Of a stretch of DNA of 64,000 bases, positions 35,141-48,398 are shown piece by piece; within the stretch, counting starts at the first letter, position 1; each line of letters opens with the position of its first letter. Position numbers and translations under genes: made by a program. The notes beneath the pieces are model-generated. The model was not told the origin of the DNA. It did not search any database and was given only the letters and a program-made list of their open reading frames with translations. Source of the DNA: Heteronotia binoei (taxonomy: Eukaryota). The DNA lies in NCBI RefSeq assembly GCF_032191835.1, contig NC_083224.1, positions 127,720,001-127,784,000 on the forward strand, given 5' to 3'.

Positions 35141-36034
35141 TGTCACTTTCATTGATCAGTTTGAGGCAAGGCGAAGAGGCCGCTTTCCTACCTGCTGCTT
35201 GCGCCCGACACGCGCAACAAGCCAGAGAGGATGAGCCCAACTTTAGTAGTTTCTTAACCTGCAGGGAGCGAGAAAGAGCTGGATCCTGTCCAACCCCGGG
35301 AAACTGGTAGACTCTGCGTTCCCAGAAGCTTTTGAAGTAAGGTAGGTGAAGCGGGACGCAAGCCTCGAGGAAGCAGCTGTGACTATGGCAGGGATGCCTC
35401 CGCTGTCGACCAGGGTTTTACTTGCTCTCCTCCCTAGATCATCCCGTCTGTCTCCTAAGAATATCAGAGCTTTGTGCTGACGTAGTCCCTGCTTTATTTT
35501 TCACACTGGCATACGCTTGAGCTAAGCTAGTGTTTCCGGGAACTTTTATATATTTAGTTGCTGTCTTGTAGTTTGTCCCCATCAATGCCTAAACCCGTCG
35601 AGAGAGCGATATACTGAAAAGGTGGACTTTCTTGCTGCGGTTTCAAAATCAGGCTCAAAACACCCTCAAAATGTGTTTTAGAGACTGAAGCGGAAAAACA
35701 ACCAAGGTGGTATTAGAGGCAATGAGGACATCTAGTGGGAGGTAAAAGACGGCGCCAACCTGCAGCCAAGGGTTGACATTAGAGTTCCGTGAATAAGCAC
35801 CTGAGGCGTTTTCTCTTCTAAAAACTGGTTCTCAAAGCTTGATTATGAGAGGGGCGCAGAAAACCTCTTTTTAAAGACTGCACACTAGCTTACTGTGAAT
35901 TCCTGATAACAAGGGGATAAAACTATAATTTTTTAGAAAAAAATTCCTAGTATGATAACAGAATTTCCACAGGTTTTTTTTTTTAAGGATTATGATGCAC
36001 ATTCATAAATTTGGTGGGAAAAGATTTCTGGGTT

Positions 36035-36765
36035 GTAGTAGATAGTTCAGTGAAGTTTCAACCCAATGTGCTGCTGAAGTGACAAAGGCAAATACTATGT
36101 TATGGATTATTACAAAAGGGATTGGACATAAAGCAGCCACTATTATAATGCCCCTTTATAGCTCTATAGCCTCATTTGCACCATATGTGCAGTTTTGTCC
36201 ACCATACCTCAAAAAAAAACATCATAGAGCTAGAAAAAGTACAAAAGAGGGCAATCAAGACGATTAAGGGGTTGGAGCACCTTCCCTATGAGAAAAGGCT
36301 GAAGACTCTGGGACTTTTCAGTTTAGAAAAGAGTAAACGGGGCGGGGGGGGGGGCGGGAGAATGATAGAAGTATATATATTATGCATGGGGTGGAGAGAG
36401 TTGACAAAGTTAACTTTTCTCCCTCTCCCAATATACTAGAACTCAAAGGCATTCAATGAAGCTGATGGGCAGTAGAATTCATGACAAACAAAAGAAAATA
36501 TTCCTTACACAATTAAAATGTGGGATTCAATCTTAGAGGATGTAGTGACAGGTGTAGACAGTTTTAAGAAGGGATTAGATAGATTCATGGAGGATAGGTC
36601 TATTAGTGGCTATTAGACATGGTGACTGAGGGGATTCTCCAAATTCAGAGGCAACACCAGGAGAAAACCTTGGCCTCTATGCCCTATTATTGGCCCTCCA
36701 GTGAAACTGTTTGGCTGCTTGTGAGGCAGGGTGCTGGACTAGATGAATCACTGATCTGATCCATC
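36035..36765 (+). mobile_element. CR1 3' fragment
   Basis: Translations KANTMLWII and [35 protein letters not shown], followed by CR1 3' UTR-like sequence. Confidence 0.85.
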
Positions 36766-39469
36766 ATTTTTCAACACAAAGCTGATAACCTTAATCCAGC
36801 CCTTCATTTATGAATTTAGGGAGAGCCAATTGGAGGTACTGGTTAGAGGAAACATTGGTTGTGACTGTACAAGACAGATCAAACCTGGAAAAACACCCTA
36901 TGTTTGCAGAAAAATATGAATTCTAAAACAAACAAACAAAAACACCAACTTTGGGATAGGGTTGGAGTAAAAAACCTGAAAATGATAAAAGGAGTACCTG
37001 TAGCTTTAAGCATCAGATTTCCTCAGTGGCTGCAGATGGCAAGCATTGTATTCCTGGCTAGGTTTATGTAAGAAGGCAGGGTCTGTTAAGTTCTCTGAAA
37101 GGAAATAGCACAAGGAGATAAAACCTTCTATTGCAGCTTCATAAAACATCAAGGACCTTCCAACAGCTGTAGCTGCTGGCAAGTAGAAACTGAGGCATGG
37201 AATGCAGCCTGTTTAAAGGGCTGAGCTCCAACACCACCAAGTATGGCAAACCAAAGAGGCCAATGCACTACAGGGTCCTTTCCAGGCCTATATTGATCTT
37301 TGATGGAGGACTCATTGGGTGTTTTATAACCAAATTCATGCCCCCAGGCCATGACATCAGGTGACCCATGACATAGAGGTCAGATGACCTGCGATACCAT
37401 TACATGTGACCCCTGATCACAGAAGCGGGAGGCTCCCAGGACAGTTTGGAAAAAGGATTAAGGGCATTAATGAACTTACCTGACCTAAACAAAGACATCT
37501 GATGGGATAATATGGGGCCAAATCACTACCTGTTATGACACCAGAGCTAAACATAATGGGGACGATCTCTGTGGCTGGAACTGGTCCTTGTAAAACAAAC
37601 ATTCTGCCGGGAGTTGTATTGTGTAAGCAACTGCCATGGCTGTCTGGCAGGAAAAAAGTCATTTGCATAGGTGAGAAAATGAAATTAACAAGCCTATGGT
37701 CCACCTGGGCTTCCCCCATTTGCATCTCCAAAGCATGTCCTGAGTATGTGTGGCTCCTGCTTGGCTCTCCAGCAAGACTTGAGACTGTTGTTTTAGGATG
37801 TTGCAGGAATATGGCTCCTCTGTAGAGATTGCTCAATGGCTTCCATGGGTAGGAACACAGTTAGGATCTGCAAGGTTGAGCAGCTCGGGAAGCAGCCGTG
37901 ATCTGGAATCCTTCCTGGCACGGGAAGCACACAGTCGCAGCAATGGCAGGAACAGGCAGGAAGTCTTCCTTAGCTAAATTGAAGTGCTTATTATTTGACC
38001 TAATACAGATTAAAATGTCCATATGGGGCTGGAACATATGTAGTCAATTGGACTCAAGTAAGGCTGAGAGTCCAATAAAGCAGGATACATGTGTTTATAA
38101 GGATACATAGTCCATAATAACTGAGAATTCAGGGGGTCTGGCACCAGGGCCAGAGTGAACATAGTCCATTAAAGATGGAAGAAAGAGCTCAGGCTTACAA
38201 CCTAAAAGTTGGCAGCCCTAGAAGGAGAGAAGGAAGCCAGGTAAGGAGAAGAGGCTATGGTGACTTTCAGGAAGGAAAAGTGGAAAAAGTGGGGGAAATG
38301 AGATGCCTCCTACAAGTCCTTGCAGGTTTCTACTTGTCAGAATTTAAAATCAATCAAATAATTATAATCTAAGAAAAGTAAATAAAAACAGTAACATACA
38401 ATAAAAATCACAACACATGCAGTGAAGAAACCAACAGTACAACTATCCCCCCCCCCCAGCTGTTTGTGGAATTCTAATCTCGTACTTATGGAATTGCTAT
38501 AGAAATGCCCCCGTTTCTATTTGAGGCTAGGCTAAACTAGGCTAGCCTCAGGAATGAAAATGAAGCAGTACAGGTTTGTACCTCACCTACTCCTTCAACC
38601 CCCTTTCAACATTACCATTCAACACACACACACCCTACAACAAAGCGGAAAAAATACTTGACATGTGTTTGGATTTTAGTTTCAATTAACCCTTACATGG
38701 CTTGTTTACTATGTGTTAGATGGAGGTTAATTGAAACTGATAGAGATACTTTGATGGGCAATTTGTCTGAATGGGGAAGAAGTTGTTGAATCAGTTTTAA
38801 TTAGGATAGCATTTCCCCTTAAGGATCAGGTTCTTAGATTGTTGTTAAATCCAGTCCTCTTTTCAGATGCACAAAAGGCATGAAATACCACCTAGAAACT
38901 TGGATTAGTGCAGCTGCTGTAACTTTTCTGTGGGAAGGGATAATCTTGCCAGTTATCTATGCCTTAGTACCATCCCGTACATTCTATGAACATTTAATGA
39001 CTACTCAAACATGAACTTATTTAGTATGTGCCAGTGATAGTTGGGGGACCTATCCTGATATGAGCTTTCATTTTGTTTCTAGGCCTGATTCATATCTATA
39101 AAGCCATAGACAGCTTTGGACATAGAAGATAATCACAGAGGTTACATTAATGTCTCAGATCATCTTCTGAAGTTGTTCTCTAAGTGCCCTCAACTTCAGA
39201 ATTCAGGCAGGTGATTACTAAACAAAATACCTCTTCTGTTTTATAGAATACCCTCCTTAGAAATGCCTGCCTGGTCTTTTAATTATGTGACTGTTTCTCT
39301 TAAAGGCATGTCAGTGCAACCCTAAACAGAGAGACACCATTCTAACTTCATTTATTCCAATGTGTCAGGAAGATCAACTCCACTGAGGATTGTGTCTGCT
39401 TTATGACTTGAGTTTTTATTGGTCTTTCACTTATCTTTATTGGTATTTGTTGTGGTTGTTTCTTGTCTA

Positions 39470-42400
39470 GATTTTTATAATTTTTATTTATTTTAACTAC
39501 AAAAAGAAGCAGAAGCATAAAAGGGGGGAAGGGCATATACAGAATAGGAAAAAACAGAAACAAAGAAAAATACAAATATATCAGTTATAATTCTACTTCC
39601 AAATAAAATACCCAATTCGTTCTACCTGCAAGTATAAAGTTCTCCACATATTTTACCATCCTTGTCCTTCATTATATTTTTTAACTGAACTATTACTTGC
39701 AATACAAGTCTAAACGATTCTTCTTCAACACAAGTAAGTATAAAAAAGTCAGAGCAATCTCAACACAAAACTGGCTGGTTTAGCTTAACCATGCTGAAAG
39801 CACAGACTAATTTGTTAGTTTAACAATATCATCATTAAAATAAGCACAAAAATCATATCTTTATCCATAAAAAACTAAAAATAAAAAAATAACAAAGTAA
39901 TTTGTCTTTCTCAATGTGAACAGTTTCTTCAGAGAAGCGTAATAAATTAAAAATCTGCCAGATTACAAAATAATTGTGCTGTCTGCCTTTTTAACAATTA
40001 ATCCAACTCTTATATCCTTATTGCTCTAGAAAAAACAACTTAATATAACCCAAAAAATTCACTTAACCTTTAAAAGTCACATATCTGTTCTTATTAAGAG
40101 CTCCATACCCAACTAGCCACAAAGATGGAGACAGTTCAAGAAACCCTTCTTCCTAAAAAGAAATCTATCTTCAGATTTATAACTAAAATGCACCTTCTCT
40201 CTCCTTAATACAGTCTGAGACAAATATCTTTATCCTTAACAGGCTGAAAATAGTACACAATGATTTATCTATCTCATTATAGACAATTTTTTCAAACAAA
40301 CATATTAGAAGGAGATCTACTAATTTACAAAATAATTATGGTGTCTACCTTCTTAACAATTACAGAATAGCTTGTAGGTTTACCGATATCAATAGCAAAC
40401 ATAAAAAGCTAATATCATTATCTGTTAAAGACAAGTTTACCAAATTACAAAATAATTATGTTGTCTGCCTTCTTAAAAGTTAATCTAAGTTAACTATTTT
40501 TACATTAAATTCTTTTCAAAAACTTCTCAGTCCTTTAGCTTTTATGTCCATATTACTCTAGACAAGATAACTTATTACAGCAAAAAAAAAAAATCTCACT
40601 TAGCCTTTTAATATCACATATCAGATTTTCTTGCAAGGTCCATATCCAACTATCCATGGAGGGAGATCTAGTTTAAAAAGCCCTTCTTCCTGAAAGATTT
40701 CCACATCATGATTTTCTGGTTAAAATGCACCTTCTTACTCCTTAATGCAGTCATCCCTCTCGAAGAAAGTGAGAAAAATTCCACAGCCTTTGTTCCTTTT
40801 GGCATAGCTTCAGTCAATCTCCATTTCCAGTCTTCTTTTTTAGCTGCGCCATGGGGTTCCATTTTGATTTTCTTTTGTTCGTTTCTCAACGAGTCACTCT
40901 CCCATTTCAGTTCCACAGACGTCACCAGGTTCTCTTTAGCACTCTGCTCATGTAGATTTGAGATTTCGCTAGCTTTCATAAGAACATAAGAGAAGCCATG
41001 TTGGATCAGGCCAATGGCCCATCCAGTCCAACACTCTGTCACACAACGGTAAAAAAAATTTATATATACGCACACACTGTGGCTAATAGCCACTGATGGA
41101 CCTCTGCTCCATATTTTTATCTAACCCCCTCTTGAAGCTGGCTATGCTTGTAGCCGCCATCACCTCCTGTGGCAGTGAATTCCACATGTTAATCACCCTT
41201 TGGGTGAAGAAGGACTTCCTTTTATCCATTTTAACCTGACTGCTCAGCAATTTCATCGAATGTCCACGAGTTCTTGTATTGTGAGAAAGGGAGAAAAGTA
41301 CTTCTTTCTCTACTTTCTCCATCCCATGCATTATCTTGTAAACCTCTATCATGTCACCCGCAGTCGACGTTTCTCCAAGCTAAAGAGTCCCAAGCATTTT
41401 AACCTTTCTTCATAGGGAAAGTGTTCCAACTCTTTAATCATTCTAGTTGCCCTTTTCTGCACTTTTTCCAATGCTATAATATCCTTTTTGAGGTGCGGTG
41501 ACCAGAATTACGCACAGTATTCCAAATGAGACCGCACCATCGATTTACACAGGGGCATTATGATACTGGCTGATGTGTTTTCAATTCCCTTCCTAATAAT
41601 TCCCAGCATGGCGTTGGCCTTTTTTATTGCAATCGCACACTGTCTTGACATTTTCAGTGAGTTATCTACCATGACCCCAAGATCTTTCTCTTGGTCAGTC
41701 TCTGCCAGTTCACACCCCATCAACTTGTATTTGTAGCTGGGATTTTTGGCCCCAATGTGCATTACTTTGCACTTGGCCATATTGAACCTCATCTGCCATG
41801 TTGACGCCCACTCACCCAGCCTCAACAGATCCCTTTAGAGTTCCTCACAATCCTCTCTGGTTCTCACCACCCTGAACAATTTAGTGTCATCTGCAAACTT
41901 GGCCACTTCACTGCTCACTCCCAACTCCAAATCATTTATGAACAAGTTAAAGAGCATGGAACCCAGTACTGGGCCCTGCGGCACCCCACTGCTTACTGCC
42001 CTCCACTGCGAAGACTGCCCATTTATACTCACTCTCTGTTTCCTATTAATTAGCCAGTTTTTGATCCACAAGAGGACCTGTCCTTTTACTCCATGACTCT
42101 TGAGCTTTCTAAAGAGCCTTTGATGAGAAACTTTATCAAAAGCTTTCTGGGAGTCAAGGTAAACAACATCTATTGAGTCCCCTTTGTCCACATGTTTGTT
42201 CACCCCCTCAAAGAAATATGAGGCAAGATCTTCCCTTACAGAACCCATACTGAGTCTTCCTCAATAACCCGTGTTCATCAATGTGCCTACTCATTCTGTC
42301 CTTGATAATGGTTTCTACCAGCTTTCCTGGTATTGAAGTCAGACTGACTGGCCTGTAATTTCCCGGATCTCCTCTGGAACCCTTTTTAAAGATGGGGGTG

Positions 42401-43650
42401 ACATTTGATACCATCCAGTCCTCAGGAACGGAGGCAGATTTCAGTGAAAGATTACATATTTTTGTCAGAAGATCCACAAGTTCAACTTTGAGTTCTTTCA
42501 GAACTCTTGGATGTATGCCATCTGGACCTGGTGACTTATTAGCTTTTAATTCATCTATCAGTTGTAGGACCTCCTCTCGTCACCTCAATCTGACTCAGGT
42601 CTTTCAACACTCCTTCCAAAATTAGTGGTTCTGGAGCGGGCAAACACTTCTCGTCTTCAACAGTGAGGACGGAGGCAAAAAATGCATTCAGCTTCTCAGC
42701 CATTTCCCTATCCTCCTTCAGTAATCCTTTTACCCCTTGGGCATCCAAGGACCCCACTGCCTCCCTGGCTGGTTTCCTGCTTCAGCACAAAAGCTCCCAT
42801 TTATTTCTTAATCAACTCTGTTACTGAACCAAGATCCTGTTTCAGAGAATTTAAACTGCTTAAAATATATTTTTTGTAGATTTCGCTTAGCAAAGTCATT
42901 TTTCTCTGTCAACAAACTCAGTCTATTAATCCAAGTTGAAAAGAAGCTCAGAGTCCCAGATAGTCCGTCCTTCCCAATCTCCTCCAGCTGGAGTTTTGAG
43001 TGTTAGCATTTCAATTTCAATCAGACGACAAGGATAAATCTCTCTAACAAATATCTTGTTTTGGTCAGACTGTATTGCAGCCAAATAATAGTCTCTTTAA
43101 CAAATATCCAATTATAACCTGGGTCGATTTAAGTATCCATATTCAGATTGATTCAAATTATTTCCGGTATTTAAAAATGTTCTTTAGCTTTTCGAAGCTT
43201 CATTCACAGGGAAATTGGAGATATCGACCTCTTTCCTTTGAACTGCCCGCTTGTTGTAATGTAAAACAACCCATTAGCCAGTGGTATTGAAAGCACACTT
43301 ACTTGCCACGTAGAATTATCATGCTTGAGGTAGAGAAGCAATAGATCAAAAGCTTATTGAAGAGAAGCAAGCAATCGGGCGTTCACCTCTATTGGCGATC
43401 ACGACGGGGGGAGTTTCGTGGCGTACAGGGAGAACAGGAACAGCTGCTGCTGCACCCCTGTCTTGCTGTAAACCCCCATGGCGAAAGGAGACCCCTTCAG
43501 GGTCTCTCTGGGGGTGTCACATCGGTGGCACCCCTCCACCCACCTGATTCAGAGGGGCCGCAGGCAAGAGAACTCGCGAACCCTGCTGAGCTCAAGGTGA
43601 CATCGGTTGTTTTTTGCCTAAAGAAGCTGCCTTTTTTTTTTTTTGGAAAG
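39470..43650 (-). mobile_element. Non-LTR-like element remnant with a short coiled-coil ORF, internal repeats and AATAAA/A-rich end, split by the CR1 at 40978-42780
   Basis: CpG-containing 5' region (43400-43650), broken ORF on both sides of the CR1, diverged direct repeats at 39960-40750, and a T-rich 3' UTR ending AAATAAATAAAAATTATAAAAA on the minus strand. The family assignment is uncertain. Confidence 0.45.
40978..42780 (-). mobile_element. 5'-truncated CR1 LINE with disrupted ORF2 (RT)
   Basis: Minus-strand ORF pieces GNYRPVSLTSIPGKLVE, VVYLDSQKAFDKVSH, SGVPQGPVLG, KFADDTKL, WQMRFNMAKCKVMHIG and RTRGHSMKL, followed by a CR1 3' UTR with (TTCTTATG)n tail. Several stops and frameshifts. 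Confidence 0.93.
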
Positions 43651-44586
43651 GCAGAGAGTACTTTAATGATAAAAAGGAAATGAAGACATAGTTGTTGAGC
43701 CACACAGTAATTTTATATCTTACAAGCTTTCAGGTCATTTGGTCCTATAGTTTCAACTAAAAGACATATAAAGGCAGACCACCACTCTAAAATAATGACA
43801 GTTTTATTAGATATGGCTTCATCTATTGCTAGAGTGATTACAAAAAGAAAGACAGGATTCTGTTCTGTTAAAAAGAGACATGAACCACTCTGTATCAAAG
43901 CAAATGTGATAATGGACTATTGAAACTTCCTGGTGATAGATAATGAGAACACAGTAGTCTTCAAACACAACACCAAATAAGGGGTTGAGAAGAAGAAGAT
44001 GACATCACACATTTAAAGCAACAACCCCATCTTTTAAAGTTGTGCAGAGCTTGGCCAGCACACAGTGGGAAAAGATTCAAGTCACATACAACCTAAACTT
44101 CTGGTTTCACTGGTTTCATTTTGAAAGCTATCCTCATTCTCCATAGATGCAGATTTTCTGATGCCTCTGTCCTATATGTTTCGCATTGTTAAGGGCATTC
44201 AATTTAAAGCTGGAAGTGCCAGCAAGGCTTGTTGGCTGGTATTGTTTATTAGACCATCTAAGGTTCCCATTTGGCAAGTTAATCTATAGTAATAATTCTG
44301 TTATTGCCATGACCAAATTGAAGATCGCCATTGGCTAATATTTCTGGAATAAACTATTGACTCATCATACATCTGTCACCACCTCTGGCCTTGAATTGGC
44401 TCTCCCCCACCTACTCAGGCCCAGGAATGTTGAACAAACTGCCAGAAGCAGTTTTCCCTCAGAGACAGCCACATTGCCACCTCTTCTCTGTGTCCTCTTT
44501 GTCAACCAGCCTCAGAAAGGGTTGCAGAGCTACTGCAGCCTCAAAAAAGGCCTCTCAGCACTCTTCTGAAGGCCACAGAAATAGCC

Positions 44587-45590
44587 AGAGATGGCAGAAA
44601 TCAGCTCCCCTTGAGGTGTGTGTGTGAGAGAGTGAATGCCTTCCCTTGGGTGGGTTGGAAGACAGCAAGGGTGGGAGGGCACTCACCCAGAGACCTTTAG
44701 CAGTACCTTTCCAGGCTGGTGGAAAATCCTGGAGATTCTGTGGTGGAGTTTGAGGAAGGCACAGGGGTTAGGGCTTCAGAGCGGGGTCTGCCAGACACAG
44801 GTTCTTGCTGTGGAAGCTGACTGGGTGATTTTGACTAACCTGCCACACTAGGTTGTTGTGTAGATCAAAGAGGGGAGAGAAGAATGATGCAAGCTGCTTT
44901 GGTCCCCCCAAAGAAAGACTGTCATTTCCAATGTAGAGGTTGCAAGGAGAGGAAAGACGATGAAAATCTGAAGTCAGAGGGGCAGATAAAGGGATGGCTC
45001 CACCTGGGGGTTGGCTACCCTATGCCTGGCTGTTTGCTATTACAGCAGCAGCCCCCTATGACAGCCACTGTGGCATAGGAGTTAGGGCTTCAGAGTGGGA
45101 TCTGCCAGACCCAGATTCTTGCTGTGGAAGCTGGCTGGGTGATATTGAACCAGTCACAGACTTCCAGCTAACCAGCCTCACAGAGTGGTTGTTCAGATCA
45201 CAGGGGGGAGAGGAAAATGATGTAAACTGCCTTGGTCCCCCCCCCATCCCTGTGAAGAAAGACTGTCATTTTCCTATGTAGAGGCTGCAGGGAGGGGGAA
45301 GGTGATGGAAACTTGAAGTCAGAGAGGCATATAAATTCAAGGAGATAGGGTTGCCAATTACAGGTTAGTAAATTCCTGGCAATTTAAGGGGTGGGACCTG
45401 GAGAGGGTAGGGTTTTAGGACGGATAGGATCTCAGACAAGTACTATGTCATTTCCTACTGGGGAATCATTCAGATTTACAACTCCTCTCTAGATGGCAGA
45501 GATCAACTCCCCTTGAGGTGAGGGGCAGAGTCAATGCCTTCACTTGGGTGGGTGGGAAGACAGCTATAATGGTGGGCACTTGCCCAGAGC
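44587..45590. repeat. Diverged local direct repeats, arrangement A-B-B'-A'
   Basis: 44764-44990 resembles 45078-45335, and 44587-44700 resembles 45490-45590. Confidence 0.7.
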
Positions 45591-45796
45591 CTCCTTCTAG
45601 AGCCTGTTGTATTTTTCTTCACAACAGGCTTTACTCCTAGCCATTCTATAAAACATTAAAATAAGGTGATGTTATTCTGTAAGATTCCAAAAAACATCCA
45701 TGTCACATCACTCACATAGATAATCCTGGGCATTGTAGTTTGAGGAGGAGCAGTTATTACTCAACATTCTCATCAGTTCCAAACATTCATTGAGAG

Positions 45797-46281
45797 TAGG
45801 GTTGTCAAGTTTAATTCAAGAAATATCTGCGGACTTTGGGGGTGGAGCCAGGAACAAGGGTGCAGCAAGCACAATTGAACTCCGAAGGGCATTCTGGCCA
45901 TCACATTTCAAGGGACCACACGTCTTTTAAATGCCTTCCTTCCATTGGAAATAATGGATAGGGGCACCTTCCTTTGGGGGCTCATAGAATTGGACCCCCT
46001 GGTCGAATCTTTCTGAAACTTGGAGGATATTTTGAAAAGAGTCACCAGATGCTATGCTGAAAATTTAGTGCCTCTACCTCAAAAATAGCCCTCCCCAGAG
46101 CCCCAGATACCCACAGATCAATTTTCCATTCTACCCTATGGAAATCGGTCTCCATAGGGAACAATGGAGAGCCCAGCAGACATTTCCCTCCCCTCCCCCC
46201 GCTTTCTGATAACCCTGAAGTGGGGGGGAGGGCATTCAAACCGGGGGATCCCCTGCCCCCAACTGAGGATTGGCAGCCCTA
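45797..46281. mobile_element. hAT MITE, same family as 9138
   Basis: Colinear with 9138-9666 along its length. Degenerate TSD ATTGAGAG/GTTAAGAG. Confidence 0.8.
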
Positions 46282-46571
46282 GTTAAGAGTGCTGTTGCAA
46301 CTGGGATTGCATTATGTTTAAAGTTTGGATAGGCCTTTAGATTAAAAAGTAGTAATTTTAAAAATTCTCCTTAATTTTAATCCAGTCAGTTCTGGAAATC
46401 AAAGTTAACTTCTGAAGAGTAGACTGTAAAAAAAAAAGCGCTTGCTGGGTCATCTAGGATCCCCCCCCCCTCCCTCCCCTGGGCAAGTACTTTTGCTGCA
46501 GCTGTTTCTACCAAGATCTGAGCAAAGACACAAGCTTTTGTCAGGAGCCAACAGGGCACTGTCCTTTAACT

Positions 46572-47068
46572 CAGGGGTCCCCAACCCCCGGTCCGTGGCC
46601 TATTATCAACCAGGTTGTGAGTTGTATACTTATTTCATTATATATTACAATGTAGTAGTAGTAGTAATAATAATAATATGACAATATTGGATTTACATCC
46701 TGCCCTCTACTCTGAATTTCAGAGTCTCAGAGTGGCTCACAATCTCCTTTACCTTCTTTTCCCTCAGCAGACACCCTGTGAGGTGGGTGGGGCTGAGAGA
46801 GATCTCCCCAGAAGCTGCCCTTTCAAGGACAACTCTGCAAGAGCTATGGCGAACTCAAGGCCGTTCCAGCAGCTGCAAGTGAAGGAGTGGGAAATCAAAC
46901 CCGGTTCTCCCAGATGAGAGTCTGCACACTTAATCACCACACCAAACTAATAGAAATAAAGTACACAATTGTATCATCCCAAAACCATCATGCCCCCCTC
47001 CCCCAGTCTGTGGAAAAATTGTCTTCCACAAAATCGGTCCCTGGTGCCAAAACGGTTGGGAACCGCTG
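46572..47068 (+). mobile_element. hAT-Charlie MITE resembling MER1/OposCharlie non-autonomous elements, interrupted by a SINE
   Basis: Ends CAGGGGTCCCCAACCCCCGG and GAAAAATTGTCTTCCACAAAATCGGTCCCTGGTGCCAAAACGGTTGGGAACCGCTG. TSD CTTTAACT/ATTTAACT. Confidence 0.75.
46660..46948 (-). mobile_element. tRNA-derived SINE (Squam3/MIR-related)
   Basis: The minus strand begins AGTTTGGTGTGGTGATTAAG...GAGAACCGGGTTTGATTTCCCACTCC (A and B boxes) and ends in an (ATT)n-like tail. Confidence 0.75.
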
Positions 47069-48398
47069 ATTTAACTCATAGTCTGTGGCCCTATCATCTG
47101 ATGAAGATTGGGAGTACCAGATGCAGCCTGAATTGCACTGGTTAAACAAGCAATGCTGGTGTAACGTTTACTGTCCATAAGGCTGGAATTGCTAATTCTG
47201 GTGAAAGATTAGTATGCCTGGCCAATTGTTCTGTGAAGGAATGAGTGGGGGCAGTGTATTGTTTTTTTCTGTTTGTGTTATATTAGGTGAAAACTGCCTG
47301 ATTGTGTGCTTGCTGTCCTATCCATATTCAAGTAAGAGCTGGTATCTGGACTTTTGTGTATTGCTCTAATATGCATCCATGCTTTTTGAGTCCCGCTGCT
47401 TGTTGATGTGTTTCAGGGGGTGGGCAGAATTGGGTAGAGCATGGTGCCATTTTCAATAAGTTGGAGGTGGTAAGAGATTGGGAGGGGGAACATACCATGT
47501 AAGGGGAAGAACAATCAGAATGTTGTGAATAGTTGCCCCTCTGGTTCTTTTTCCAAACATGGTGGCATTGGTGACCATATCAACAATTTGTTGGGCTATA
47601 ATGTTTTGCTGTTAAATTGTAGGTTAGTCATTGGTAAAACAGCAACCATCCAATATTTAGTCCTGGGTGACTAACCTAGCATGCATAACCAAGACTAGTT
47701 GGGGGAGACATGTGCAGTTAACTTCTCACAGCATTGTCCCCCCCACCCCTCTCAGCATAGTAGCAGATATATAAGCATAAGCCTGGCAAGTGAGTGTGTC
47801 ACTGGAGTGTATCAGAATTCTATTCCCCAGTGCAAAGACCTGTTCAGGATTTTTCCAGTTTTAAGCATATGACTAGTATTTGAAACTAGGATTCTGTTGC
47901 CATTCCACCCCACTGCCAAATCATTTCCCTATCTGATCTGGCTCCGATGATAATTGTCCTGGGGGACTGCAGCATTCGTACTAAGTCTACCTTGTCGTAA
48001 GTATTGTAGGATTTTATGGTCTCCATGGCACCTGTCTCAAGTAATAACTGGCCCCACACACTGTGCTAGTCATACTCATGATCTGGTATTTTGCTTTAGG
48101 CATGAAGAAGGCAAAATAAGTGATGATAATCCTTTTGTCACGGATGGATCACTACTTGATACAATTTGTACTTACAGGAATAACCAAACCCAGCAGGGGT
48201 GGAGGATAGATTAAAACTATACCACAGTCAACAGGATCCAATTGGTTTTAGGATATTCTCCTATTGATATGGCTGGTGCTCTTCTCAATGGCCTTGTTGA
48301 CCACTGGAATGAGGAAATCACTCAGGTAGCTGACATGACCACCTGGGCACCCTCTCTCACATCTTAGCACTTAGACACCCTCTTGGCTTACTAAAGGC

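Noticed and set aside
34076-35310. Antisense and alternative-frame ORFs of 85-200 aa over PTGER3 exon 1
   Set aside because: These are expected in a GC-rich exon (few stops), and I recognise no homology.
37130-38110. Possible degraded DIRS/LTR-type coding remnant
   Set aside because: There are only faint motif echoes across frames and no convincing RT, RNase H or recombinase motif.
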